Positions 38,138-51,298 of a DNA stretch of 54,763 bases are shown in pieces. This DNA comes from Chiloscyllium plagiosum. Its lineage: Eukaryota. A program made the position numbers and the translations under genes. Position 1 is the stretch's first letter, and each line of letters begins with the position of its first letter. The stretch covers positions 1-54,763 of the forward strand of contig NW_025215027.1 in assembly GCF_004010195.1 (NCBI RefSeq). The letters are read 5' to 3'. The notes beneath the pieces are model-generated. The model saw nothing but the letters and a program-made list of their open reading frames with translations, was not told the origin of the DNA and did no database searches.

Positions 38138-38342
38138 AACCTCATCAGTGAGCCTCCAATGAAGTGCTGGTGTTCTGTCCTGCTTGCTATTTATGTGTCT
38201 TGGTCTGTTGTGGTGGGTGATACCTCTTCCAATTCTTTTTCTGAGAGGTTGGTAAATGGGGTCTGGAAGTGATGTCACCCACCACAACAGACCAAGACAC
38301 ACAAATTGCAAGCAGGTCAGAACACCAGCGCTTCATCGGTGG

Positions 38343-38380
38343 CTCACTGATGTTACCTAGCATGGTGACGAAATGTCTAA
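38343..38380 (+). ncRNA. Degenerate hammerhead in the inverted pseudo-LTR
   Basis: CUCA-CUGAUG(3-nt deletion)UUACC-UAGCAU-GGUGAC-GAAA-UGUC. Confidence 0.55.
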
Positions 38381-38829
38381 GAAATGTCTAAGAACAAATC
38401 TACCAGTTCAGTGAGCAAACTTAGAACCTGACCGAAAACCTGAGGTACAAATCATCTCTAAAATCACTAATAGTTATTGAGTTGTGGAGTGCATTGCCCA
38501 ACAATATTCAATTCAGCACATTGAAACAGATTATTCAATAATTTTAAGCAATATTCAGAATACTGAAAAAAGCCTAATGGCTGAAGAGAATATTTTTAAT
38601 GTGTATGGTGTTGAGATGAAAAGTGAAGGACAAGGGGAATCCGATCGCTGTTCTGTGAGAGATGAGTTGGTGAGAGCAGAAGTGTTAAAAGAAAGGCAGG
38701 AATTGGCTGCACACAGTTGAAGGTTTTGTCACCTTTGGTAGTGGATATCTTTAGTTGGGGTTAAAGAAGATATCTGATATGTGATTTATGTGGCTATATA
38801 TGTTTGTTTTTCATTCCATTTCCCCATTT

Positions 38830-39090
38830 CAATGGCATAAACCTAAGGTGGGAGGGGAAAGATTTAAAAGGGACCTCAGGAAAAACCTGGTCACGCAGAG
38901 GGTGATGCACGTATGGAACGAGCTACCAGAAGAGGTAGTGGAGACGGATACAATTATAATATTTAAAATGAATCTGATGGGTACATGAATAGGAAGGATT
39001 TAAAGCGATATGTGGCAAATGGGACTAGAGCAGTTTAGGATACTAGAGCAGACAAGTTGGACGGAAGGGTCTGTTTCATGCTGTGACTCA
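38830..39090 (+). mobile_element. CR1 3' end
   Basis: FKRDLRKNLVTQRVMHVWNELPEEVVE followed by CR1 3' UTR. Confidence 0.85.
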
Positions 39091-39239
39091 ATGGATGTGT
39101 GAATGTCTGAATCAGGTAGATCTGTATTTTTAATCCCTACTATCCGTCTGTTAAATAGTCTGTTAACATTCTCTTCTTTGATTCTTTCTTGAAAAAATAG
39201 GCACTTAATTGAGACACCAAAATGTTGGTGTCACATATA

Positions 39240-40700
39240 AACACAAATTAACAGCAGACCTAGGCCATTGAGCCTTCAATAAAATCATGTCTGATTAGAT
39301 TGTATCCTTAAATCTGCATTCCCATATAACTTTCACCTGTGGCTTTAGAAGAATTTATCTACTCTGCTTTCAAAGTATTTAAAGACTGAATTTGTTATCT
39401 TTCTATCTGAGCGTTTCAAAGATACTCAACCTTCTAAAATGGGGAAAAAAGCCTACTCTCTATTCCAAATGACAACCCCTGATTTTTAAACCAGTGACCT
39501 CTAGTTCTCAATTCTCCCATTAGAAGAAACATCCTTTCCACTTCTACCATGTCAAGACCTCTCAAGCTCTTTTGTGTTTCAATCAAGTCACTTCTTACTC
39601 TTCCAGAGTCCATGCTGATCCTATCCAACTTTTTCTCTAAGATAACTCGCTCATTCCAACTATAACTCTGGTAAAGTTTCTCTGAACTCCCTCCAGTATA
39701 TTTACATCTTTCCTAAAGAAGGTGGCCAACACTATGCAGATATGGTCTCACCTGTGCCCTATATAACTGAAGCATAACCTCCCTACTTTTGTATTTATTT
39801 TCCCTCATAATAAATGGTAACATTCTATTAACCTTCTAAATTACTTGCTCTACCTGCACACTAACCTTTTGCGATTCATGCACGAGGACACCCAGACCCC
39901 TTTGCATCTCAGAACTTTGTAATCTCCCACCATTTTTGATTTAAATGCTTCTTTTCATTCTTCCTGCCAGATGGACAATTTCACATTTTCCCATTATTTG
40001 CCACAAACCTGCCCACTTATAAATCTGTCTATATTTTTTTTCTGGCTTCCTTATATCCCTCGACAACCTTTCTATCTATCTTTATGTCATCTGCAAATTT
40101 GGCAAGCAAACCTTCTATCCCTTCCTACAAGTGATTTATACAAATCATTATTTGTTGAGGTTCCTGCACCAATTCCTGTACCACGCATTTTTCCAACCTT
40201 GAAGAAGACTCACTTATACCTACTCTCTGCTTCTAGTTAGCCAGTCAATCTTCTCTCCATGCCAATATGTTGCCTCTTACATTATGAACTTACATTTTCT
40301 GCAATAACCTTTGATGTGGAAAATTATCAAATGCTTTCTGGAAATCTAAGTACAGTACATCCATAAGTTCCTCTTTAACCACAGTATATATAACCACTTC
40401 AAAGAATTCCAATGGATTGGTGAAACATGATTTCTCTTTCACTAAACCATGTTGACTCTCCCTGATCACCTTGAATTTACCTTGCTATAATTCTACTAAC
40501 AATGGTTTCTAGCATTTTCAGTGTGACAGGTGTTAAGCAAATTAGCCAGTCGATTCCTGCTTTCTGACTCCCTCCCTTTTTGAATAAAAGCATTCCATTC
40601 ACTACCTTCCAATCGAATGGGACTGCCCTTGAATCAAGGGAACCTTTTAAATTAAAACCATTTTGACAACTATCTCACTAGCCATTCCTTTTAAGACCCT
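39240..40700 (-). mobile_element. Decayed CR1 LINE
   Basis: RVRSDLIET..ELRTRGH; reverse-complemented KFADD (tcatctgcaaattt) and YLDFQKAFD (tcaaatgctttctggaaatctaagtac). Confidence 0.82.
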
Positions 40701-43305
40701 ACATAAGCTATATCTCCCCTCTAGTCTAGCCAATGCTGCATTTCTCAAGAGTATACTATTTGCATTTACTTGCTTTTCAGTAAACATCACTAGATAGTGA
40801 TCAGCAATGAAAATGCTGCCTCAATCTTTCCCTTTACTCATCCAAGGAATGCTGACACATCCATTGTGGCTCTGGATTAGTTAATTTATCGCTAAGTTCT
40901 TCTTGCTCTGTGTTGCTGCTTCCTGCAGTGCATTTATACATCCTGCTATCAAGAGTTTCAGACTGATTTTTTATTGTCTGCAAATATTTAAACAGAATTT
41001 GTTGGGTGGTGAGAGAATTTTTAGTAAAGGCTACAAACAAGGAAGTTTAATTTTCACCTTTAGATTTTGACCTTCTAAGTAAGTTTGGCACTTACTCAGG
41101 GAATGTAACTCAGTATCTGAGGATTGAAAGTGAAGACAGATAATGACAGGATTCCATCATGTTATAAGATCCCTTGGCGGCTGGTAGGGAACATGTGTTG
41201 TGGAATGTGAGCTGCACTCTGCAGACACAGTTTAAAACAAAACGTCAACACTATTCTTGATGACCTGGCATCTGAAGGCACTGCTAAGTGTAATACTAAG
41301 TCATACAGATGGGATGATTCCAGGTTCTTGCGTTCATCTGCTAAGTTAGCTAATCTTTGCTGGGACAATAGTTGGGATTGTATAATTGGCTTTATTGCCT
41401 TTCAGCAGGGGGAAAGTTCAGCTCGTGTTTCCATTCCGGATTGCTGTCTGCTGACTGTTATCGAATATGTGCCTCTTGGATGCGGACAACCTCGGGCTCA
41501 GTGGTGATGCTGTCCATATTGGTTTCTCCACCGACACACGTTTTTAGCCAAAAATGACTGCTTGCTTGGTTGAGACTCCAGAGAGCAGCCACCAGCTCCA
41601 AAGTACAACATAAATTCAATACAGGAAGGGCAGCAAGAAGTAGGGGAGAAAACAAATTAAAATCGAAGAAATCACTTGACAGCACAACTTCCACTTCAAC
41701 TAATTTGCTTTAAAGTGCTTGTAACTTGGAATTTAAAGTATTTGCTTTTTAAAATTATTAACAATGAATTTATAAATTGATTGGTCACGAGTAAGGTTTC
41801 AAAGTACAGCAATAATTAACTTGAACTCTACACGTCTCGTGAGTCATTACAATTCTAAAAGTGCTGACAGTCTTGGGAGAATCAGAAATGCAGATAAATG
41901 CTTGAAATGCTGAACTTGTACTGAAGCTTTAGCTATTTATGAACAATCTTGAGCAAATTCAAATCATTTACTTCAGACAATGTTACTATTCTCTACTAAA
42001 ATCTTGTTTAAAATCTATACTTATGAAATGACTAACTATAGTGTCATGGTTTTGAGAAATCTGAAGGATTAATTATGGAAATACATTAAAGTCTACAACA
42101 GTGAGCTATATAATGCAAGTCTTTAATTTTTCTTTGATTTTGATTATGCCACTGAGGGAATTATTGCCAAGTGGTTTGCTACAGGAAAAAGAACAAAAGT
42201 ACACTGTTTATTTGAACCCTTTCACACTGGGATGGGTGTTGAGATAGATTGGCCTCCAAACAAAATATTGATACACCTTTTTGTTAAAAGCAAAAAAAAG
42301 AGCAAAGCACATGTTTGGTCAATATCCTATAGACAGTCCATGAGCAGAGAATTGAAACCATGAGGTGAGGTCTGTCTACTGAAGCTTCCGGTGAATGGTA
42401 GCCAGACCATAATTTGACCACTACTATTCTAGCATATGAGGTATCTTAAAAGCTCCGTTTTTGTACAATGATGTAGCATCAAGATACTGGCCAACAAGTG
42501 TTGCTTCAACCTTAATCTAAGAGGTAGCAGATTATAGCGAATGTGGTAATACATTTGACCTTCCCTCCTAACCTAGGGCCCTTCCTTATTGCTATAATAA
42601 GTATGAGTTGCTGCAGGGAATTATGGAATATCTTACTGACACTGTCCAAGCCAGTGGATCTCATAATACAGTCTCACATCATTTGCAGCCCACCTTCCCT
42701 CAACTATGTTCCCTAGACTAGATTTTTCTTCTGTTGTTCAGACATCTTTCATGAGCTGCTTAACTGCTGTAGTTTGCATTCTAGCTGGACAGGATGGATT
42801 GCTCACCACTGCCATAAGTGAATGTAAGTTACCTCAACTGGGAGGCAGTGTAAAGCCAACTTTTCTGCATTAAATGAAAGTACACAATTTAAAATTGTTA
42901 GTCTTTTCCAGATTTCACTTGGCAACTGCTCTCAGTTGTACTTCTGATATTAGCAGCCATGTTTAAAGGGAATCATAACAGAACAGATCCCACCTGTGGA
43001 ATGATACATTTCCAGGGGTTGTTTGTCAACTAGGTATTGACCAGTAATTAGCACTGGCCTGAGCTCACACAGAAATATCAGGGGTTGCTGGCAGTTGTGA
43101 AGCTGAAACAAAGCAAAGTGCTGGAAATACTCAGCAGGTTTGGTCTCATCTGTAAAGACAGGAGCATTTAATGCTTTAAGTCAATTTTGAATAAGCGAAT
43201 GCCTTTGAAAAGGTAAAAGTTGAGCTAGTAGGAGAATTTAGGTGACGATTTCTTGCAATTTTTAATGGACACAAATTGAAATTAAATTTTTTTTTCAATT
43301 TCTAG

Positions 43306-43376
43306 GTGAACTGTTCCTTGTCATTCTTCCTGTTTTCTTTCCAAGTTCATGAGAAGTCTATACTTCTGGCTGCTCT
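43306..43376 (+). CDS. ALG6: ALG6 alpha-1,3-glucosyltransferase internal exon (71 nt)
   Basis: ag|VNCSLSFFLFSFQVHEKSILLAA(L)|gtaagt; contains the FQVHEKSILL hallmark. Confidence 0.95.
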
Positions 43377-44044
43377 GTAAGTTTTGAAAATCTGTAATTT
43401 TAATGTCCTGGGATAGAAATTTATTAATCATCCGATGAACAGCAGATTAAATAAGGACAATTCATATCTTGCTGCTGTCATTTAATTAGGACATGTTAAG
43501 GACTTTCCAGTGTTAAGGGTAAATTTGTTAATGCTGTGAAAGATTTGAAACCAACATTTTAAGTCTCTGGCCTTAATTTTTCCTTTTTCTGTTGAAGTGT
43601 TGACACTCGTGCAATATGATTTCCTCAATGCTGACAGATTTTGAAAGTCTCTTACTGGCTGTTCTTGATGAGTTTTCACAGTGAACACAGATGAATGATT
43701 GAACTCTGGGTTGAGGGAGGGGGGGGGGACATTGCAACGAGCTTGCAGTCCCCTTAGTTCAGTATGCACTTTCCATCAGGAATACGCAGGATGTTGGCTC
43801 AAATGACAGTCATTGTTCATCCATTTATGATTGTGGCTCATTGTATCTCTATAACTGTTATTTCAGTCAAAGCACAGCTGAGAGACTGAACCTGAGATCT
43901 TCCTTGTTTGTTAGCTACTACCGCAACATGCGGTTGTATCTTCTAATCTTAGTACAGTATTGTAATAATTAGTTTCTAAAACAAAAAGGTCTTTTCTCCC
44001 CTTGTTTTTGTTTGTCTCTGCATTCTATGTGGCCATCCCTCGTT

Positions 44045-44430
44045 TTACTCAGTCGTACAGCATGGAAACGGACCCTTTGGTCCACCTAGTTCACCCCGAC
44101 CATGTTCCCAAACTAAACTAGTCCCACTTGCCTGCCTTTGGCCCAGATCTTTCCAAACCTTTCCTATCCGTGTATTTACCCAAATGTCTTTTAAATGTAA
44201 CTGAACCTGCATCCACAACTTTCTCTGGTAGTTCATTCCACATATGAACTACTCTGTAAAAATAAAAAGTTGCTCCTCATGTGCTTTTTAAAACTTTCTC
44301 TTCTCACCTTTAAAAATATGCACCCTAGTTTTGAACTCCCCCTGCCCTAGGGGGAGAAAATCCTTACTATTCACCTTAACTATGCCCCTCGTGATTTTAT
44401 AAAACTTTATAAAGTCACCCCTCAACCACC
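44045..44430 (-). mobile_element. CR1 3' end
   Basis: cagcatggaaacggaccctttggtcc.. tail; gattttataaaactttataaagtcacccctcaacc (RLRGD..VYKI). Confidence 0.85.
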
Positions 44431-46439
44431 TCCTCATCATTATTTTCCTGCAGCATGAATATAAAATTTGGAAGTTTGTTCATTCATGAAATCTTGTCTG
44501 CCATAAAATGTGAGTTACACAAAATGTCTAGTCCCAGTATGTATCTAAACCATCATCTCACCATAGCAATGAGCATGTCAATAACTCCTATTATAGCATT
44601 GGCTCAGTGAGTGAGCTTTCTCTTTTAAGTTCATTGAGGCCGTTGTATTGTTAAAATACACGGGGATTTGAAACCTTCAGCAGATCATGTGTTTTGGGTT
44701 AGCGTTTAAAATTGGTTTGCTGTGATCTTTCAATTAAGCGGAATCAGAGACTTGAGGCAGTCAGCTGCCTTGGAAAGAACATGCTGTACTTTAGTTATGT
44801 GGCACTTAGTTTGCAACATCTATAAGCTAACATACTATGAAAAACAACATGATGCTATATAATGAGAGAAAGAGAGATTTGCACAACTTAATAAATTGCT
44901 TAGAAATGTTTAATTAAAGGTGAGCTTTACTCTCTTACTAGGTGTCCCTCTTATTCTTTGCTCCTGTGGTTTGTTTTCAAAACAATTGGGAAAACTCATT
45001 GGTTAAATGAGTAAATGTGCAGCCTGCTGTAGTATAGAGATATAAAGGACTGGAAGTTTCCATGATTTAAGCTGTTAATGGCCTTGGTTAACACAATAAT
45101 TTTCCAGATGAGAGCGAGATTAAAGTCAAGTAGAAACAAAGTAAATCATTTCGCTCCACTTTCTACTGGGAAGAGCATTTGACTGGCAAGAACAGCTTTG
45201 GCTTTGGGTTTGGGGTACTGCAGACCCATAGTTGTAACGTTCAATAACACTTTCTCACACATACAGAACTGGCTGAGGAACTATGGCTTCGCTAGAGGTG
45301 CTGCGATCAAGACTAAATGTGAGGCATTGTTGGTTAGCAGTGGAATGGGGGTGGGGATGTGCAGAATTTAAAGTTACTCATGATAGACCTGTTTTGTAGA
45401 AATGTAATATTGCAGATATTCCTTCATACACCAAGTGCTGCCATTCTTCAATTTTGAAAGAGAGTTAGGCATGTGTTTCTTTACAGGTAAGATTCTCATC
45501 CTACTTTCACATTCTTCATGAAATTGCAATGCTTCAGGTAAAATCACAGACATTAATGATATGGGAATTTCCTTCAGAGACAAATCCACCACTTCTTGAA
45601 ATACCAAACATATCTATTCATTTTCTTACAATATCTCTCAGTCCTTGCTATCTTCAGAAATAAACCCCTTTATACTACATAATGGTCTTATTCCATAGAT
45701 TTAAACCAATTTATCTCACTTCCTAGCCATAACTGATTATACAAAATTTATCCCTCAGCATTTGAATTTCTCGATGAACAAATAATTTAACTGGATCAAT
45801 TTTGTCAGTTCCAATATTGGTCTTAGAAACTTAATTAGAAACTCATCACAAAGTCTCTTTTACCAAAAAAACTTGACTTTTTTCTTGTAATTGGAAAATG
45901 TATTACATAATACATGATGAACTCAACTACCTATGCTTTGTGAACGTCTTTTTTTGTGATGCTGCAGTTGCCAGGAATGCCAAGATGTGAACTACAAACA
46001 CATGACTGATAAAGATCATATAGCATTAAATATCTTGGACTCAAAAAGGCTTGGACTCAACTCCTGACCCAGCAATGTTACTAACTGAGCTAAATTGATG
46101 TTTTAAGCTAATGAATAGATGATTTGTCCCAATGTTAGATAATTGTCCACATAATGAATTTTAACTGACTAGCTGTGAAAGCGCAGTGAGTAAATGCACT
46201 GTGTACTGAGATATTAGACTATTAAAAATTAAGAAGGTTCTCAGTTTTATCTCTGACCTTTGCTCAGTTATCCACCAGAGCAGTGGTGTAGTGCTTCAGT
46301 TCAGTAACTTGGAAAAATTAGGCTGGAACCTAGCTTTGGAAAAGAATGACTATTCTGTGATGTTTCCCACCTCCTAACAGACTCTGTCATATCTTAATAT
46401 ACGGTCTTATTTGGTGTCTGCCTAACCTGAAAATGCAAA

Positions 46440-46905
46440 CATACAAAATAGGAGCATAAATAGACTTTTCAGCCTTTCAAGCCTGCTCCATCATTGAATA
46501 AAATCAAACTGATTAATTTAAGTTTCAAATACCACATACTTTTTACCACTAATAATCTTGGCTTCTCTTGCCTAACAAGAAGCTATACGCTGCCCCCTTA
46601 AAAATATTTAATCACTCTAACTCCACAGCCTTCTGAGGCACAGTATTTCAAAGGTGCATAACTCTCTGGAAGAAAATTTTTCATCTCTGCTAAAAGGGTG
46701 ACCCCCTAAATTTAGAAGTGTCCCCTATTTCTGGACTGACTAATGTGAGGAAACACCCATTCCACACCTTGTCAAGACCATTCAGGATCTCATATACTTC
46801 AATCAGGTCACCTCTCATTCTTCTAAATTCCAGTAGAAACAAGTGCAGCCTGTCTAGCCTATCCTTGTAAGAGAACCCACTCATTATAGGTATCAATCTA
46901 GTTAG
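46440..46905 (-). mobile_element. Decayed CR1 3' end
   Basis: LEFRRMRGDLIEVYEILNGLDKV. Confidence 0.8.
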
Positions 46906-48734
46906 CAAAAACAGAAATTGCTGCCAGACTGCTGAGTTTTGCCAGTTTCAGAATGCAGAGTTAACACTTCAAGCCCAGTGATTTTTCTTCAAACCCAGAC
47001 TGGTACACACCAGCAGAAATAAGCCTCAGTCCCACTAGAACACTCCAGTACAATTGAAACTTTTTTTAAAAACCCTGTCCATATACATTCTCCAAAGAGA
47101 AAAACACAATGTGTTGGCAATTTGGGATATAATTCACAGAGGGTAGTTAGCTGTTGAACAGGGGGTTTATCAGCCCCCTTATTTTCTAGACAAACGAGGT
47201 CACAATCCAGTCTGTTTTCATTTACCTATTTCCTCCTTTGAAATGTTGTTTGAAGTTCCTCTTAGCATTTTTGGGCGTGACATTCTCTAGGTGGTACTCT
47301 CCAGGAAGGCATTTAATTTACATCTGCAGACATTTGGCTGTATCAGCCCTCTTTTAAAACACGGATTTTGGAATTGCAAGTTAAAATGTCTTAGAGGTCC
47401 TGATCCATGGTAATGACATACTAGAACACATCAATCCCTTTGTACTGTGGGATTGAGCTGTCATTTTCTATATAAGTAATCCATTTTTTTATCATTATTC
47501 CTGCCAAAGTACAGCTTCCCACATTATACTTCATCTGCCAGTATTTTTGCCCACTCACTTAACCTATCTATGCAAACTTAACACCTGAAACCTGTTTATG
47601 CCGTACTAACAACAAACTTGCCTATATATTTTGATCTCTTCTGCAAATTTAGCTACCATGCCTTCGCTCTCTTCATCGAAGTCATGGAGATGTATAGCAC
47701 GGAAACAGATGTAAATTGTAAAAGTTTTAGGCCCAGCACAAATTACTGTGGGAATAGATATGAATGAGATATAGGCAGTTGAGTATGAATTATCCAAAAG
47801 TCTGAGAATTTTTTTTTTAAACAATTAATTTAATGTCTGTTCATTTTATAAAAGAGAATTGGGCAGAATGTGCTAAGCCACGCTGTGTAGAGTAGCTAAA
47901 AATGAATGGAGCATTTATTTATAAAGTTTATATTACTTACCTAACTGAATATAACTAGAGATTCTATATTTACTGACTAATCTGATCACTGATATTCCTG
48001 CCAGTTGACATATCAATTTGTCAGTTTGTCCAAACAGGCGTCTACTCTATCTCATTCCAACCTTGAGGCAGTCAAAAGACAATTTGGCTGCCATAAAATT
48101 AACGGAGCAGCCTTCTGCCCAAAGCACAGTTACTGGCAATAATTTATCAAACCTGGCTACAGATTTGCTTCCTTGGCTTAATTTCTTATTCTAAAATTAT
48201 ACATACTTTTTATTCTAATGTTCTCGCACCCTACCTGAATGCACTGTCTTTTTCTAGGATATGATTCTATAGGGATCGGCGGCTCACTGATGTTTTACTT
48301 AAGTGGCCGTTTATTACGGGTGAGCTTAGTTTGATTGTAGACAATGTATTGAACTGATGTCTGTATTGCACTCAAGGCTGCTCTGCTTGTCTTGACTGTT
48401 CGTATTTGAGTCTGCTGCATCTCCGTCTTTGCCTTATTCTGACCCTGCGTGGATCCTGTAGATTATTTATTTACATTCTAATTTTCAGAATACTGACTAC
48501 AACTCTTCAATATAGTTTGTCCATTCCTCTTTTTAACTTTTGATAGCATGCGACTGTTGATGTCCGAGTTACATCACCAAGTACATTATCATTAACATTC
48601 AATTTCATTCTACTGCACACTTTACATACATTGGGTTATTTAAATATCACGTGCCTTTTATGTAGCCAAATGTAGTGGCCATTTTGTATATTAGATGATG
48701 AATAACTGATGATTTTGGGTTGGTGGTGGGCTAG

Positions 48735-48940
48735 GGTGTCTGTTGAACTCTTTCTTCTTTAAGTAATGCCATTGGATTGTTAACATGCACATTAGAAGAA
48801 CAGCGCCACATTTCAATGTTTATTTGAAGGATAGTTCCTCTGGAGCATTCTCTTATTAAATAATATTCTCAAATTTTGGAGTGGATTTGAACCCACAAGC
48901 TTTTGACTGAAGCAACAGTGCTACAAACTGAATGAGGCTA
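48735..48940 (-). mobile_element. Decayed Deu-domain SINE (SacSINE1-like)
   Basis: taatgccattggattgttaac..tttcaatgtttatttgaaggatag..ggagtggatttgaacccacaagcttttgactg..agtgctacaaactga resembles the reverse-complemented Deu-SINE with tRNA head, as recalled. Confidence 0.55.
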
Positions 48941-49179
48941 ATGCTCAGCAATGTTGCAATTGGCCCCAATTCTTTTCCATGCACTTTCTAGCCTTCCTGA
49001 GATTTTTCCTCAGCAGTAAGGTTTGTGCCACATTGCTGCCATTAGTGCAGAGGGACAGGAGTTGGAGGGGGCAGAGGGCCACAAAATTAGCAGGAAACTG
49101 CATATTTCCTGTTTCTTTCCTGAGAGCACTAACTGGTGCTAAGATACACTCAAGTGATGTTTTCAGGAAGAGGTTGGCA

Positions 49180-50690
49180 TTGTTCTTGTTCGGAAAGTCA
49201 GTATAAGTGAAGACTGGCAGCTAAGAAAAATGGGAAGCCATTAGTGGTCAGTAAGCATATAAGAAGTAAAATGAAAATCGGAGAAAAATTGGGTGTGATT
49301 TAGGGATCTAAAAGTAGCTATTTCAGGGAAGTAGAAGACATAGCTAAGATAGTAGATAAGTACTTGCATCTCACTTTAGTAAAGAAAATGAAGCCAAACA
49401 TGTAGTGAAAGTGGATGTAATTGAGATACTAGATGAGTCAAGAATTGATGGAAAGGACATATTGGAAGGATTGGCTGTACTTAAAACCAACAGGATCAGA
49501 TGCATTATATTCAGAGATGCTATTGGAAGTAAGGGACAAAACTGGGACAGTACTGGACATAATTTTCCAAACCTTAATACAAGGGTGAGGCCAGAGAACT
49601 GAAGAACTGCAAATATATACTCTTGACCAAAAAAAAGTATGTTGGTAACAACAGATTAATCAGTTTAACTCTATGATGGAGAAAACCTTTTGAAAACAAT
49701 CCAGGATAAAACTAACAGTCACTTGGCCAAATATGGCTAAATTGAGGAAAGCCAGCATGAACTTGCAAAAGATAAATCATTTTTGATGTTCAGGATCAAT
49801 ATTAGAACCACTGTTTTATTTGATCTACATCAATAATCCAAACTTGAGTGTATAGGATGCAATTTCAGAAACTGCAGATGACATAATACTTGGAAGTATT
49901 ATCAACTGAGAGGATTTTACTGATAAATCGAGAGAGAGAGAGATAGACATATTGGTGGAATAGGAGGGCATGTAGTAGATAAATCTTAATGCAGATAAAT
50001 GGAAAGTGTCATATTTTTGGTAAGAGGAACAAGGAGAGGCAATTTCCACATTTTAGTTTAGTTTAATGGCTGCAAGAACAAATCTAGCTGTTTGTGTGCA
50101 CAAATCATTAAATGTGGTAGGGCAGGTTAAGATGGTGGTTAGAAAGAATGAGAGATATCTGGCTTTATAAATAGAAGCTTGGAGAACAAAAGCAAAGTTT
50201 CGATGATGTTCATGAAACACTGGATTGACCTGTACTGGAGTATTATGTCCAATTATCGGGTGGATGTGAAGACTTCAGAGGTGGTGCAAATAACTTTGAG
50301 AATAGCTTTGGGGTAAAGAATTTCAGCTTCATAATTAGATTAGAGAAGCTGGGGTTGCTCTTCTTACAAAAGAGAAAATTGAGAGATTTAATCAAGGTAT
50401 CCAAAATCATGAGGGCTCTAGATGTTCCCATTAGTAGTGGAGAGAAGAACCAAAGGATACTGACAGTAAGGTAAGTGGCCAAAAAAATCAATGGCGATAT
50501 ATGGAAAAGCAGATTTATTTATCAAGTGGTTATGACCTAGAATGCACTCCTTGAGAGTATGTTACAAGCAGATTCAATTGTGCCTTTTCAAAAGGAAATC
50601 AATAATAATCTGAAGTCAAGAAGTTTGCTGGATAACTGGGAAAAGTCGTTAAGTGGAAAGTATTGCATTGCATTTGCAGCGACTTAATAG
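49180..50690 (+). mobile_element. Highly decayed CR1 LINE
   Basis: Remnants ccagagaactgaagaactgcaaat, gaggaaagccagcatg, aaactgcagatgaca, gagagatttaatcaaggtatccaaaatcatgag. Confidence 0.72.
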
Positions 50691-50727
50691 GTTAAACTGT
50701 CATCTCCAAGGCCAACATACATACATG

Positions 50728-50862
50728 ATGTGGAGATGCCAGTGTTGAACTGAGGTGGATAAAGTCAGAAGTCACAACGGCATCAGGTGATAGTCCTTTG
50801 ACAGGTAATGAAGGAGCAGCACTTCGAAAGTTTGTGATTTCAAATAAACCTATTGGACTATA
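50728..50862. mobile_element. Degenerate copy of the hairpin mini-element family also seen at 53751-53959
   Basis: gatgtggagatgccagtgttgaactgaggtgga..aatgaaggagcagcacttcgaaagtttgtgatttcaaataaacctattggactataac. Confidence 0.7.
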
Positions 50863-51229
50863 ACATACATACAAACATGGAGCAGGCCATTCGACCCCTC
50901 CAATTAGTACGGTTATGGCTGATCTAACTAACAATGTGCTCTGCGATTCAAATGTGAACAGGTTGCTCATTATATTGAGTATTTATGGTTATTTGTCAGA
51001 TAGCACATCTTAATATTTAATTGTAATGGTATTGCTATGCTGACAAAAATATTGAGACCATTTATAATACCCCTAATATTATCCTGGCTGAGGTCAGCTA
51101 ACAAAGTACAGACTGGGACTGAACCATTGATCATCTTGGTCTGTGTGTTAACCCATATGTTCCTTGCCATATTTCAGTACGGCTCTGTGCAAATTTTTAA
51201 TCATATGTCTTTATTCAATTTGTTTTCAG

Positions 51230-51298
51230 ACCTGTATTATTGCTTCTACATGAAATCCCTTTTATGGCAACTTGGTTTTTGCTTGTGTCAACTTTTAG
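51230..51298 (+). CDS. ALG6: ALG6 internal exon (69 nt)
   Basis: cag|[25 protein letters not shown]|gtgagg; phase-compatible with both neighbours; matches human [23 protein letters not shown]. Confidence 0.95.

Larger units (their letters stand above)
35332..38460 (-). mobile_element. Near full-length decayed Poseidon-type Penelope element with upstream direct and inverted pseudo-LTRs and three nested mini-insertions
   Basis: IVILLADKGHVTVILN, LRPIVS, VSFDVTALFTSI, GIY-YIG NAIYKIPSKDCNKHYIGQTSRKLATRLHEH. The 3'-end sequence is repeated upstream (38187-38260) and inverted (38143-38230 vs 38264-38352). Confidence 0.92.

Noticed and set aside
38484..38720. Acidic ORF as possible RIOK1 exon 2
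   Set aside because: No phase-compatible acceptor without an early stop, and no DDWDWD-like RIOK1 motif.
40890..40980. LLPA-containing stretch as the missing preceding ALG6 exon
   Set aside because: No matching splice sites, an in-frame stop follows, and similarity is limited to four residues.
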